DNA of 64,000 nucleotides from Tubiluchus corallicola (lineage: Eukaryota > Animalia > Priapulida). The position numbers and the translations under genes were made by a program. This document shows positions 13,917 to 27,347 of this stretch, one piece after another. The notes below the pieces were generated by a model. The model was not told where the DNA came from and did not search any database. It was given only the letters and a program-made list of their open reading frames with translations. The stretch lies in contig JAQGDQ010000450.1 in the NCBI GenBank assembly GCA_030141605.1, forward strand, positions 126,883 to 190,882, in the 5' to 3' direction. The first letter of the stretch is position 1. The number at the start of each line of letters is the position of its first letter.

Positions 13917-14176
13917 ATTTTTGTCTGGAACTTGGAAGAAAATATGTCAAATAAGGTCTTAAAATTTTGTGTTTTAACAAACTTTAAAAACTATAAAGGG
14001 CTGCACATATATCTGATTGTCTGAAGTTCGCCCCGCCCCCCAGATTTGCTGTCGGGAATTTTGGTATTTTTTATTCATTTCAAAACTTTTTAATCTAGAA
14101 AAGCAGGAGAGCTAGACTGGTGCGTAAATTTTGGCCCCTAGTTCAAATGCCTAATGTAAGTTCCAGACCAAAAATA
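13917..14176. mobile_element. TIR MITE
   Basis: ATTTTTGTCTGGAACTT ... AAGTTCCAGACCAAAAAT termini. Confidence 0.55.
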
Positions 14177-14416
14177 AACATGAAATTGCTAGTAACGCAT
14201 CTTTCTGCTTGTTTGTATTGATCAGCTGAGAAGAAACCAAGAACAGTTGATTAAAATATGCGCATAATTATTACAAAGATTTCACATTATGATATTTGCA
14301 ATGATCACATGAGGTGAGCTGTATTATTATTAAGCAATAGCTGTATTATTAAGCTACATTAGCATAAAAAAACATGTCGGCCTTCTATATTTATTATCAG
14401 CCTAGCTGCGTTTTAG

Positions 14417-14419
<3 letters not shown>

Positions 14420-14456
<37 letters not shown>
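14420..14456. repeat. (GA)n microsatellite
   Basis: Read directly. Confidence 0.95.
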
Positions 14457-14459
<3 letters not shown>

Positions 14460-15204
14460 TACATGATATGATAAACATATTTGCTCGATAACAGTGATAT
14501 AATACTCGACACTATAACATAATATAAGTGTTTACTACATGATATAACATAGATTAAACCTAATTACTGGGCCTCGGCATATCCTCGACAATGATATTCC
14601 TGGAGGTAAGATAGCTCTTGGAGGGCTACAATGTTAACTCAATCTAATACAGGTTGGGGTAAGTTTTGATACACTTCCGAGGAAACCCTTTACAATAATT
14701 AGTTAATTAACTGGGCAAAAAAGCAGAACGCCGAGTACTACTATCTACAACCTTGTTCATGAAAGTTTGTATGTTCATTAATGAATCGGTTTGCTGGGGC
14801 AGATCCAAGCAGCCAGGTTGAATACTAAAGAAGTATAATCACTGTGATTCCAGATACGCCATACTGGCGCATTTCTCCACATCTGACTCAGATCTGAGAT
14901 TTGGCTATTTTAGACAACTGATGCTTTACTAAGTCTCTCTGGCATTATAGTAATCGTGATACTGTTGTAATGGCCGAGAGGACAGATAGAATCACTTATT
15001 TTAAACCGCGACCCTGAAGTTCAAAGAACAGAGCCTGATAATTCATCTGCAAACCGTGCCCTTTCGTATTTGTACCACCAAAAATTCTTTTTCGCCGGTA
15101 TGTGTTCAAAAATTGCCTATTCGCTCATACATGTATTCAGAGTTAAACAACGCTATAATTTCTTCTTGTTTATTGACTTTTCTTCATTTTGGTTTTACTT
15201 AAAG

Positions 15205-15401
15205 GTGGATACATAGTGCAAGTTTACTTTGATGACCTTGCTGAAGGAGATATAGAATGGTTGCCCGGATTTCAGGAAAGTTTGGTAAAGAAAGGGGTCA
15301 TCGATCACGTGAGAAAAGAACATGTTAAGGAGATATTTCCTAAACATGACGGATTCCTTATGGCATTTAAAGTGAAAGTTTCTGAAGTTAAAGAGTCTTA
15401 A
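15205..15401 (+). CDS. METTL27: METTL27-like terminal exon 5
   Basis: aaag|(G)GYIVQVYF...FKVKVSEVKES*; completes KPGG. Joined CDS is 678 nt = 225 aa + stop. Confidence 0.8.
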
Positions 15402-16029
15402 ATTAATGATTTTCAAGTTTTTTTAAGTTAAAGATTATTTTTTTTTGAGGTAAAGATTTTCGGTTGTTTAAGTTAAAGATTTAAGTTTTTTAAGTTAAAA
15501 ATTTCTAAAAGTTAAAGGTTTCTAAGTTAGGTATATTTTAGGAGAGTGTTTTTGTTGTGATTTCTGTAATTACACAATAATCTAGTCAAACTGATTTATT
15601 CTCAACTTGTAACGCATTTAGCTACAGAATTATATTTTATAGTGATGACAGAGTAATCAACTAAAGGCAAAGTTGAGGATTTCTACTTAAACGCTCATTG
15701 TTAATGGCATTTATGTAATAAAGGTTTTGAAAATAAATAAAACTATGTATTTTACTATGAGTTTTACATGTATTACACATACGTACTACGTAGACCCATT
15801 TTGTTAAATTAACTGTTGTTATGGCAAAATGACTTGAATAGGCTTTTCTGATACAAGTTTTATGCTATGTTAGGTTTAATTGCGATTTATTAAACAGTTC
15901 GATTTATAAATGAACAGTTACGTTGCTCAGCTTATAATTTTTAATCTTTTCAACTGATTTTTTATCACTATCAAAAGCATATTTTGCTAATAAATTGTAT
16001 GGCAAAACACAAATGCTAGAAATGTATTA

Positions 16030-16500
16030 GATACTTTAGATAAATAGATGGTTTATTGACATATGGCAAACAGGGCCGATATAAACAATAATAAACATTT
16101 CATACAATATATTACATGCATGTTGGGATAAATTTGCCACTGCAGATTGTATTACGCTATTACAGTATTTTGTTGCTGCATCAGACAAAACAGTTTTTCA
16201 TTTTCACTTAAAGCATTAAAAGTAGGAACATTCTGAGAAACTGTGTTCAACATAAAGCTACGTGCAACGTGATCTTTTGAGCAGTACAATAAAAATGACT
16301 TTTATCTTCTAACAACATTGCAAACACTACAAACTTGATTTTCACTTGGAATAGGTAGTCTTACATATCAACCAATTTCAACATTTCAAGGCCTTTCTAT
16401 CTTTAATATTCCTAATATTTTCTAAATAAGTTTCCACTTAAAAAATTTGTTTAAATGATCTATAAAAGGTTAATTAATATTGCTCATAGACTCTCTCCAT
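16030..16500 (-). mobile_element. Decayed CR1/L2-like LINE 3' end
   Basis: Minus-strand AATAAAC followed by a (CTAT)-like tail, after a decayed AT-rich ORF2-like stretch; weak. Confidence 0.35.
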
Positions 16501-19500
16501 GATATAAGATAATTTGCTTGCAGTCTCATTGTTGAAAAAATACAGTATTAAAGTAAAGAGTTTATGTTGCAACATGGGCACAAGTGCGATTGAATCCTAC
16601 CCATATGAATTCGACCACTCCGTGACTTATCTGTCAGGTATTTATTATATTTGCTCCGCGCTTTATATAGGAGGAATTTGGCAAAAATCACAAACACAAT
16701 CGCTAGACAGCAAACGTTGACCGTAACTCTGACTTTGACCCTGTCAGAAAGGTCACCGAGATGCTGTGACCCTTGTTGCCACTTCATGCAATTAAACATG
16801 AGTTTCGCCAAACTGCACAACTACTAGCTCTCTACTAGTAGACTATTTTTTGCTTTGAATAGCAGCTACTTATACGTGTCTGGTTGAAAGCGAAAGCTGG
16901 TCAATGAAAAACTTTGAGCAACTGTCGCTCACTGTCACTCAATAAATCCATGAGTGCAAAACCCGAAGCAAAATTAAAAAATCTAGTTTCTGTTGTTAGT
17001 AACTATGGTTTACTTGCTTTATTACTCAACAAACATTAGACGAAAAAAAAGATGCTGTGACAGTTTTTAGAGAGAACATCTAAGGAAGATCAGCCCGGAG
17101 CAGCTAATTAGTGATAAGTTTGACCTCATCAAGAAAATACCGGAACTTGTGACACTTTTCTTGTGAGCCTCCCGCACGATTCTCTCACAGTTTTCATGCT
17201 CGTAGTATTTTTCACAACACGCTTTGTACCTTGCGGTTCTTGCTTTTTTACCACTCACAGATGTTGGTATAGTAAGGACCTCTACCGTCTAGTCTGTTTT
17301 TTGAACATCTTCCAATATCTTGTTGCGTTAACTTGGACACTGCTATATTTCCCGCGCATGCGTTCAATGTTTTAATCAGTGTGATGAGAAGAAAAAACAC
17401 AACAAAATTGCGCTTGTTGAAAGAAATTATCTGCAAATTACAAACCAAAATAATATTTCAAAGCCTATAATTAAACCTATTAGTCTATTTGATAGAGGCT
17501 TTGTCGCTGCATATGTGCCCCATACAGCTGCTCATAATTGCAGGTATAGGTGTATCATAATAGAGTGCACATATTAAAGGGAAATTATATCCAATCTTAA
17601 ACTATAGCTCAAGTCAATTTACCCTATAAAATATTGAAAGGGTACATACTATTTTTTCAAGGATTACTTTCATGAAAGAATTATTAGGCCTACCACAGAA
17701 ACTTGTGCGTTCGCGCAGCTAGTTCTTCGCTGTTACATGGATTGATCGACACTGAAGCGCCCCCGGCAGTCGAATTTTTTGGTGGTTGTCTGTTCATTTG
17801 TGCACCATTTGCATTGTACATGCAACAGTTGCTTTTTTCTGAACCTTTTTCTGGACTCTTCTCCGTCAAAATCATAAGTTGGAAAAAAATCATCGACATG
17901 ACTAAACTTGGGAAGCCATAACTCCTTAAAAGTATGAAGCCAAGTCACATGACTAACACTAAAGACTAACCTAATCTTGACCTACTCGACCAGGAAGCCG
18001 TTGGGACCTCGATAACCGATAACCTGATTTCTGGACGTCACCATAAGCTTACCGTTATGTAGTTTGCCGTTACTCAGGACAGAAGCACCACCTAGCACCG
18101 TCACGCCACCTGATGTTAGTCCAGTCAATTCTCTATCCAGCATAAGGGCCACCTACAAACGGTTGTCGCACAGCGGCCCGTTTTTCCGGACACATATAGG
18201 TCCTATAGTTAATATAACAGAAAGCCATAAAATTCACATACTTAAAGTATCGGAAAAACGGCCACATTGGAGAAACCTTTACTCCAACAAGAAGGGACAC
18301 CTACCCTAACAAAAGAATTGGGTAAAGCACTGTTCATTGGCTAACTAACCTCCGCCTCATTTTGCCGAGCGTTGAACCGTTGAAGTTTTACAAGGCGTCA
18401 AACATGCCATTGTTGTTACAATTATGCTTAATATATTAAACCTGCTTGCCCATATTTAAACATAAGTTCAACGTGCTCTTGCAAAATTCGTAGCAACCAA
18501 TATTCGTGTAGTTGCTAAGTGTTTTGTAGAAACCCGACAAAAAACAATTACTAACTTTAACAGCATTTTTCTCAAGTTACGTTTTGCAGTTTTTGACATC
18601 ATAAATTAAGTATTGGATCGAGAAATTATTATTATTATTATTATTTCGATTTCAAATAACATTGAGACTTGTCAGTTTGAAATGATGTTAAAAATATTTG
18701 TACCTTGACTTCATTGCTTAACTTAAGTATGGCAAACACGCTTCCCTATTCATCACGACCTAACGTTTTATACAAAATTTCTGTTAGTCATGAGTATTAT
18801 ATTGTAACTTAGGCCTATCTTTAGATTTTAAGCTTTGTGCACTTCTTCAAGTTCAAATTATGAAAGCTACAGTTCTTAGCAAACAGGAAAGAAGTCAGAC
18901 ATAAAAGCCACGTAGTGGGTCACGAATACCTGTAAGCCAAAATTCTTTAGCAATCATCAAAAACATGGGATTGAGCAAACTGCTTCACAGTTGGTCTACA
19001 AGTTATAAAAACTCAATGACGTAGAAATAATAAATTAATTTACATCATGTTTATTTATATAAGGCTAACATATTAACTGCTAGTTTTATATGTTATCAGA
19101 GTAAATAACAACCAAGCACCTGCTGACGTGTTTGCGAAATAGTGGTTTTTATTGCAGTCACAAAACTTGATAAAATTTCACAGAAAACAAACTTGTGCTT
19201 GTAAATTCAAGAGGTGATTCAACCTTTTTCGCGATCACTAAGTCGTACGAAGTTTGCAAATATAAAGTAAACATGTGTCTGTGTATATAATCTGCACTTG
19301 CATGTTTCGTGTAACTAGGTATATATGAAAAATTTTCAAACCTTAAGATCAAAAACGTACTTGGGTGCCGGTAGCTCCTTCTCTGATAAGGTATAATCAC
19401 TATTATAATTATTAAAATAAAAGGCACAAAACTTCTGAGAAAATGCCAAAAATGTTGAGTCTGTATGTAAATGCTGTAAAATGCACACAAGTAAATACAG

Positions 19501-19551
19501 TTAAATTAAGCAGAGTAAATTTTACCACCCCAAGAAGTTACATTATGTGAG

Positions 19552-20500
19552 GTGCGTCATAAGTTATTCTTGGTAAGTTTTCTTGGTATCTGTGTAGATA
19601 ACAAACTTTCTTGGGATAACTATTTTAATAAAATTTACGATAAAATGGCATGCGGAATGGCGTCCCACTTACGGCAGGTAAAAGGTCAACTAACTAAACA
19701 GACAAAGTTATCAATTTTTAAAACTCTCATTCTACCGCACTTTTTATACGGATGCACACTTTTTCATGAAGTTTCAAGAGACAGCTATAACAAACTAAAT
19801 AGTCTTCAAAATTATGCATTAAGATTAGCTATTCAAATAAAACGTCTCTCATAACAAATCAAACCTCTGCAACAGAATTACGAACAATGTTTAAAATTCC
19901 AATTTTACAAGCACATAAAGACTTCTACACAATCCTGTTTTTATATAAATACATCAACAATATTAACACGCCTTTCATCAAAAATAAGCTTCCACTCCTC
20001 TTGGAGCCAACATTAAATCCAAGAACACACAATATTAAACAAGTACTCACTAATAACAAATACGGCAACAATTCTATCAATAAACAAGGAGTTCAACTTT
20101 GGAATACCCTGCCATCTAATTTAAAACAAATCAAGTCCTTTGACGAATTGAAATCAAAATTAAAAATGCATACATTAAATCGTTTTGAAAACCCTACATA
20201 CTTAAACGATAATATATATTCATCCGCAAATTTTATTTATCCACGTCCATTTTAGATTGTATGTATATATAGTATATAGTCTATTATAATTTTTGTGCAA
20301 CATTATAATGTATATTTCGTTTTAAATTTTTGGCACAGTAGTTTTTAGTTTGCACTGGACGCATTTGCCTTTAACAGTTGTGTGAATTTTATTCTCATGC
20401 TGCGATGTTCTTTTATGCTCTTATAGTTATGAATATCGATTTTTTATGGCAAATAAAGATTATATTTATATTATAGATTATAGATTATATATATATATAT
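19552..20500 (+). mobile_element. 5'-truncated CR1/L2-clade LINE (RT C-terminal region, frameshifted) with tail
   Basis: FLGICVDNKLSW, IFKTLILPHFLYG and GVQLWNTLPSNLKQIKSFDELKSKLK; AATAAA plus (TATAGAT)/(TA) tail at ~20452-20500. Confidence 0.85.
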
Positions 20501-21224
20501 TGTATATTGTATATACGCTAATTTTTATAGGCAAGAAAATGTATATTTTGGACAGTAAATTAAAGTGAGATTGAGATTAAAAAATCTGCTCTGTGCTTGT
20601 GCTTTTTTATGCAGTAAGAGACAAAGTCACTATCCCCTTCTTCTGACCAAATATGACTTTACAGTTTCACAAGAAAGAACATTATTTTGTAAATAATTGC
20701 AAAGAATGCAAAGAGTTACAAATATCTGATTATATTCAATATCAGTTTATTGTACCGAATAATTACAAATTAAGTAGCAATATAATAACTAAAACACACC
20801 CACATAAGCTTTTTGTATCCTACAATCATCTATATGTCAAAAGAGAAAATGACAGTACCTACAACACATGTAGGGAGATATGTTCATTTTATTTCAAGCA
20901 TTTCAATGTAGTAGTCATAGAAAGTTAGCAAATGTAAACGTTGTAAATGTAAATCCTGTGACTAAGATATTGAGAAACTATCAAACATGAAGATGAAATA
21001 AAACATGACGATGCAAGCAACTGTTAGGTGTCTCCTTCTCAGCTTACGAGAAGCTACAGCTATGCTGACGAGCCCAGCTGTAATAAAAAATGGGCTGCAC
21101 CAAATTCCAGTTACAAAGGTAAATTTTGGTGCTTTCCAAAAGATCCGACAGACAAATACAAACAGCTCCTGTAGTATTGCAAGACATCCGGCAATCACCT
21201 GAAAATAAATAATTAACTAAGTAA

Positions 21225-21331
21225 GTGAGTGAGTGAATGAGTGAGTGAGTGAGTGAGTGAGTGAGTGAGTGAGTGAGTGAGTGAGTGAGTGAGTGAGTGA
21301 GTGAGTGAGTGAGTGAGTGAGTGACTGCGTG

Positions 21332-21364
<33 letters not shown>

Positions 21365-21414
21365 TGTATGTATGTATGTATGTATGTATGTATGTATGTA
21401 TGTATGTATGTATG

Positions 21415-21445
<31 letters not shown>

Positions 21446-21530
21446 GTTAATAAGTAAGTAAGTAAGTTAGCAAATAAATTTGTGAGTGAGTGAGTGAGTG
21501 AGTCAGTCAGTCAGTGAGTCAGTGAATGAG
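21225..21530. repeat. Compound (GAGT)n/(ATGT)n microsatellite
   Basis: Read directly; lies in the intron of paralog A. Confidence 0.95.
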
Positions 21531-22405
21531 TGGAATAATAATTTTGTTTAGACATATAACACACAACAATAATACAAGAACTACGGAAAATGTGATTAAC
21601 AAACCTAGTTATTAATAAAAGATATCCACAATTATTAAACACATAAACGAGTTACAGAATGGCTGGGGACGTGAGAATAATTGTGGTGGGATAATTGATA
21701 ATTTCATAAGAATTATATACACAATATATACACAAGTGTAAAGTGTTAGAAATTAAACCTTGGTAAGACTATTTGGATCTTTATTATTCCGGGCCTACAT
21801 AATAACATTATTATAAAGATGACAGTAGTATTAGTACTTTTATATAGCCAAAACTGAGTTTTTTAAATTGTGTGATAATGTTTTAAACCTATTTTCAAAG
21901 TGTTGTTCTGCTTATAGCTAAATGCACTCAAATAAGTTTATATGAGTTAAGTTCATTTATTTTTGTATAGTATAAAAGCCATATAAATATGTACTTCAAC
22001 TATGTACTAAATTCTAAAATGACGATTTAATACAGCCAAATAAAAGCAGATTTGACAAACAATTTAGTAAAATTAAAATTTAAATATAGAAAAAACGTAT
22101 TCTATTATAAAATAATTTTTCAAGTGGTTAGGAAGAAACAGTCCACTCAACACCAAATTGCATTTTGAAATACAAAAATCACAGCAAAACCACCTATTTC
22201 AGTCTGAGTAATAAAAATAAAATTCAATTAGCTTATAAACATTATATTCAGTTGTATGCTTGCATAGATAAATAGATGTTTAAACTTTGAAACCTTTCGC
22301 AAGATCTGATTTCATATGGAAAAGTTTCCAAAGACTGGGGCATCTAGTCCTAAAAGAATGGTTTTGAACCACGTTAAGTTTACACACAGATTGGTACAAT
22401 AAATT

Positions 22406-22772
22406 TGTTGTGCGCACGCGCTGTTGCTGTAGGTCAAAGGTTAAGTGTACCGCAGCAATGCGTCTTAACTACAACCGTCACGTGACATGTTGGAAAAGCA
22501 AAGCCGTCTGCACCGCCTCAGTTCAGTAGCTTCAGTTGTTTTACGTGGAATTTACTTAATAATGCATTAGTCTGTGCGTAGAGTGATTTACTAGGAGGAT
22601 CTTGCTTAGAAACAAAAGGATTAACTAAGCAATGCTCTAGCCTACTGTTAAAACTGTTAGCAATACAGTAACTTGGGCTGCGAGGCGTTATCAAGTGCAC
22701 ACAAATACATTGTCAACTTAACCTTTGACCTTTTAGGATCATCATCAATCGTTGAAACTGTGAAAAGGCTTA
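22406..22772. mobile_element. MITE family B copy 1 (left TIR missing)
   Basis: Colinear with 55121-55490 (GTTGTGCGCACGCG...GTCACGTGACATGT...CCTTTGACCTT...AACTGTGAAAAGG). Confidence 0.75.
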
Positions 22773-23482
22773 TTATAAAGGTCATTTGTTAGATCTTAGC
22801 CTACAGGATTAATGACGTAAAGAAAGAAGCTCACAAATGTACTGAGGAGCATCATTATGTAATTTTCTGAATACAAGAGTTAAAATTTTAAAAATAATAC
22901 GGTATTTAAAAAGGCAACCAGTACAGATGATACAAGACAGGCGTGATCAAATAGGATGACATTCAAGATGTGCAGCACTATTTTGTACTTGTTGCAAAAT
23001 AGCACGGCATCAAGATCTTGCTTTTCTTTTCTACAACAATCAACAATATATTTACCTGAAAAACTCCTAAACCCCACAGCATCTTTGGGTAACTGGTGAT
23101 CAGTCTTGCCTTGGGCGGTGTCCAGGCAGCATCCGCATCACTAACAAGCGAAAGTTTGTCATTTGATATTGTCTTCATGTCTTCTGTCATTTTCTCTGTC
23201 AGGTGTAAAAATAAACCAATCACAATATTTATTCAACTAACAAGAACGGTTTTACCAAAGCAGCCAAATAGCCATAAGTCACTATTACAGATAAATTTTT
23301 GTAGTAGTTTTACTATTTTTAGATAATCACGTTTTCTAGATATTTCAGCAGTAATATAATTGAGTAAGTAAAGCAGCTGCTCAGTCAGTCAATGAATACA
23401 AAGTTGTAAGAGACAACAGCAATGCCCAATTCGACGCAGGACTATTTAATATTGTTTGATCGTAATGGGGCGCGAACACGTC

Positions 23483-24595
23483 TCACTACCAAGGATAATC
23501 TCCTCAGCTCACTACCAAGGATAATCTCCTAGGCTCACTACCAAGGACAATCTCCTCAGCTCACTACCAAGGATAATTTCCTATTCTCTTTACAAGGACA
23601 ATCTGCTCAGCTCACTACCAAGGATAATCTCCTAGGCTCACTGCCAAGGATAGTCTCCTCAGCTCACTACCAAGGATAATCTTCTAGGCTCACTACCAAG
23701 GACAATCTCCTCAGCTCACTACCAAGGACAAGCTTCTCAGCTCACTACCAAGGATAATCTCCTCAGCTCAGTTCCAAGGATAATCTCCTCAGCTCAGTTC
23801 CAAGGACAAGCTTCTCAGCTCACTACCAAGGATAATCTCCTCAGCTCACTGCCAAGGATAATCTCCTATTCTCTTTACAAGGACAATCTGCTCAGCTCAC
23901 TACCAAGGATAATCTCCTCAGCTCACTACCAAGCATAATGTCCTCAGCTCAGTACCAAGGACAAGCTCCTCAGCTTACTAACAAGCATAATCTCCTCAGC
24001 TCAGTACCAAGGACAAGCTCCTCAGCTCACTAACAAGGATAATCTCCTCAGCTCAGTTCCAAGGACAAGCGTCTCAGCTCACTACCAGGGATAATCTCCT
24101 CAGCTCACTGCCAAGGATAATCTCCTATTCTCTTTACAAGGACAATCTGCTCAGCTCACTACCAAGGATAATCTCCTCAGCTCACTACCAAGCATAATGT
24201 CCTCAGCTCAGTACCAAGGACAAGCTCCTCAGCTTACTAACAAGCATAATCTCCTCAGCTCAGTACCAAGGACAAGCTCCTCAGCTCACTAACAAGGATA
24301 ATCTCCTCAGCTCAGTTCCAAGGACAAGCGTCTCAGCTCACTACCAGGGATAATCTCCTCAGCTCACTGCCAAGGATAATCTCCTATTCTCTTTACAAGG
24401 ACAATCTGCTCAGCTCACTACCAAGGATAATCTCCTCAGCTCACTACCAAGCATAATGTCCTCAGCTCAGTACCAAGGACAAGCTCCTCAGCTTACTAAC
24501 AAGCATAATCTCCTCAGCTCAGTACCAAGGACAAGCTCCTCAGCTCACTAACAAGGATAATCTCCTCAGCTCACTACCAAAGATAATCTTCTCAG
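23483..24595. repeat. 26-bp minisatellite, ~43 units, with a 259-bp higher-order repeat
   Basis: Unit CTCACTACCAAGGATAATCTCCTCAG; variant CTCTTTACAAGGACAATCTG at 23586, 23871, 24130 and 24389. Confidence 0.95.
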
Positions 24596-24643
24596 ATGGA
24601 ACACTGTGATCTGATCAAGCATGCAACAGCACTAGTCTGTATA

Positions 24644-25070
24644 CAGGGCTGTAAAGAAACTCGGCTCGTGGAACGGAAAAACTGGAGCCATTTCATTGTA
24701 ACAAGTTCCTAGGAATTGGAACTAGTTCCTTTTGTCGCAAAGCAACTTAGAACTAAAAAAAATGTTCCTTTCCAAGTTCCGCCGAGTAGAGCCACTTTTG
24801 TTAATTTTTGCATTTTTCATGTTCATCTTTGCCTTCTTTGCTAGGGCGAATGCACAGAAGGACAGAAGATAATGCAACGGGAATTGAACTAAGTAGCTTT
24901 TCGTGCAAAAGAATTGGGAACAGGAACTAATTGCTTTTGTAAAAAGTTAGCAGAACTTGAGACTTAAACTAGTTCCTTTTATCACGCACGAACTGGAATT
25001 AGTTCTTTTTCTTGCCGGACAACCGCGAACTGGAACTTGTTCCTAAAACAGTGATACTTTTACAACCCTG
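24644..25070. mobile_element. hAT-like MITE
   Basis: TIRs CAGGGCTGTAAA / TTTACAACCCTG; internal GGAACTAGTTCC palindromic subrepeats; TSD degenerate. Confidence 0.7.
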
Positions 25071-25509
25071 TCAGTTACATTCTTCATCAACGAAGTATAT
25101 AGCTGAACAGGTACGTGATACACAAAAAAGCAAATACATAATAAATAATAAATAATAAATAAATAAAACTTTTACGATTTGTCTTTATTGTATTAAGTTT
25201 TAGTTTGTTACCATAAAAACATTACATTTATACATATAATACCGAATTTACGTTAGTAAATATAAATAAAAATAAAAAAAGAAAATTAAGGCGTTAGTAA
25301 AAAACAAAATTTAGATTAAAAATACAGCTCTGCTAAAGAAAATACTTTTCATTATTTTCATGATATTATGGCTGGCTAAGAAGCTGCCAGACTTATAAGG
25401 CCAAGTTCACTAAAATAAACAAAAAATGTTCCAATAATGAAAGTAAAAAATGTACGATGAAAATTATTTAGTATCATAAAACTATTATAATATAATTATC
25501 ATTTTCTTT

Positions 25510-25960
25510 TTAAAACACGAGCGCGATTTACTTTTTTCACTTCACAAAGCAAGATTTGCCATGAAACAGGACCTTGACAACCAATAAAGTGTTTCATAAG
25601 GTCAGTTCACACAGTTCTCTCTTCGGAATATGGTAGTCATTGAACTGCCTAGTGTTGTACATATAAAGTATCTTGTTTAGTGTAAGATAATTACTACAAA
25701 TATTAGGAAGCATACCATTAAAATGTTTGTGAATAAAACAGGCAACTTTCATACATACAATATCATTAATTTTTAAAATGTTAAGCTGATTAAATAAAAT
25801 ATTTAAATGAGCACTGTAATCCGAATAAATAATAACTCTAATTAACTTTTTTGTAGTTCGTTTAACCCGACCAAAGTAGAAGCATAAGCATAACCCCAAA
25901 CAATGTTGCAATAGTCAAAATATGGGTTGACCAAAGCATAATACAACTATACTAAAGCAT
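25510..25960 (-). mobile_element. CR1-like LINE ORF2 3' fragment
   Basis: KKLIRVI..SDYSAH...LFNQLNILKINDI and YNTRQ..DYHIP motifs. Confidence 0.75.
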
Positions 25961-26433
25961 AATAGAACTGTAATATTATTGCAACTTACCTTCAAATTTT
26001 AGACTTCGTGTTTCCTAAATTTCAAAATTGTTAATTTCACTGTTCTTCGCAAGTGGTTAAACTTGAATCCAGACAGTAGCGAATCCAAACCACGAATGGC
26101 TGTATGGAGGACTACTAGGCAGATATTATACTCGCTAACACATTACTCAATTTAGTAATGACGCATCTCCGCTTAAAATTTTTTAGAAATTGACGTACAA
26201 CGCAGGCACAAGAGAAGTACTTTACAATTGGTCTAAAAGTCGTTAAGAATCAATGACTCAGGAAAAAGTAATTCGATTGCACATTTATTTACGTAATTCT
26301 GTTTAAACAAATTTGCATATGTAATCCCAGTAGGTATGAAAACGTGAAAAATTTGCTTATGTTGACGTTTTTGCTACAAACTTAAACACTGGCAACTGAA
26401 TTTTTAATGTACAGCATTTTTAACTTTGACTTA

Positions 26434-26480
26434 ATTTCGAGCATGTACGTCTTGGCATTTCTTCCCAAGGATTTCCAGCA
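26434..26480 (-). pseudogene. Orphan duplicate of MS4A-like paralog B exon 1
   Basis: ATG CCA AGA CGT ACA TGC TCG AAA versus ATG CCA AGA TGC GCA TGC TCG AAA at 32384; part of the block 26434-26850, which duplicates 32360-32825. Confidence 0.7.
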
Positions 26481-26568
26481 TTAACCGGCTGCAAAAAATC
26501 AATGCAAAGTAATACAAACAAACAAACAACATTAAAGGTACTGTTCATATTTCAACCTTAGTCGCGTA

Positions 26569-26842
26569 GGCACGTTCAGACTAGCAAGTTTTCAGTCACG
26601 AGGTTTCTCTCTGTCAGCAAACTCGCAGGTGTGAATTTATTTGCGAGTAACTGTTTCCAACTTATTGCAAGTTCTCCGACAGCTGCTGCGAGTTAATTTC
26701 CTGCGAGTTACTGTCTAGTGGTTTCAAGCGTTGAATAAACAAGTGTGCGTTAGCTCATACCTACTGCCGGAGAAGAAGCAGTAGCAAGTCTTGCTGTCGA
26801 CGCTTGCAAATTACTTAACGAGAAAACTCGCCAGTCTGAACA
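26569..26842. mobile_element. PIF/Harbinger-like MITE, family A copy 2
   Basis: GGCACGTTCAGACTAGCAAGTTTTC ... GAAAACTCGCCAGTCTGAAC. Confidence 0.75.
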
Positions 26843-26874
26843 CACAATAAGTGGCTAAGGCCAAAATGGTACGT

Positions 26875-27340
26875 TTACGCGCCTCCTCCACATGGACTTT
26901 GATCCGTTTCCGTTAAACCCAGATGGTGCATGAAACTTTCCGTACCTCTCCCAAGCAATAATGCTAGCGCGTTCCTTTCCAGGTGTCGGCTATATTTTCC
27001 AAGTGGTAGTCTAGTAGGCTTCAGGTATATTGATATCTCTGACTGTTCTCCTGCAAGTTGATTAGTGTGATGTAATTTTCTTTCCCACATTGCCTTTATG
27101 AATTTCTGTGTCTTTGTATACTTCAGTTCTTGTCTTGTAACCACATTTGTTATACACTCGTTTCGTTTTATATTAATATTTTTCACTGCTTTTAGAAAGT
27201 ATTTTGTTTTAGATATATGTTCAGCTAGAAAGTACTGTTGTGGGTCTGAGCTTCGCCTTGCTTTGCATTGAAACTTTCCCTCACTCAAGGACACAGATAT
27301 GCGGCCTGTATGTTATTTCAAAGTCTCTTTAAAGTATAAA
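26875..27340 (-). mobile_element. Non-LTR retrotransposon ORF2 C-terminal fragment
   Basis: MWERK...ALALLLGRG...FMHHLGLTETDQSPCG resembles the C-terminal Zn-knuckle region of I/Nimb/RTE-type elements; appears to continue at 28430-29260. Confidence 0.5.
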
Positions 27341-27347
27341 ACACCCC

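Larger units (their letters stand above)
20770..23190 (-). pseudogene. MS4A/CD20-like four-TM paralog A, probably pseudogenised or truncated (exons 23190-23056 and 21198-20962)
   Basis: MTEDMK...LWGLGVFQ|gtaaat ... ttttcag|VIAGCLAILQE...TGIWCSPFFITAG. Same phase-0 intron after LGVFQ as paralog B. Stop at 20962 after TM3, with homologous-looking remnants in other frames downstream. Confidence 0.65.

Noticed and set aside
23483-24595. CRISPR-like array
   Set aside because: Contiguous tandem units with no unique spacers, no cas genes, and a eukaryotic context.
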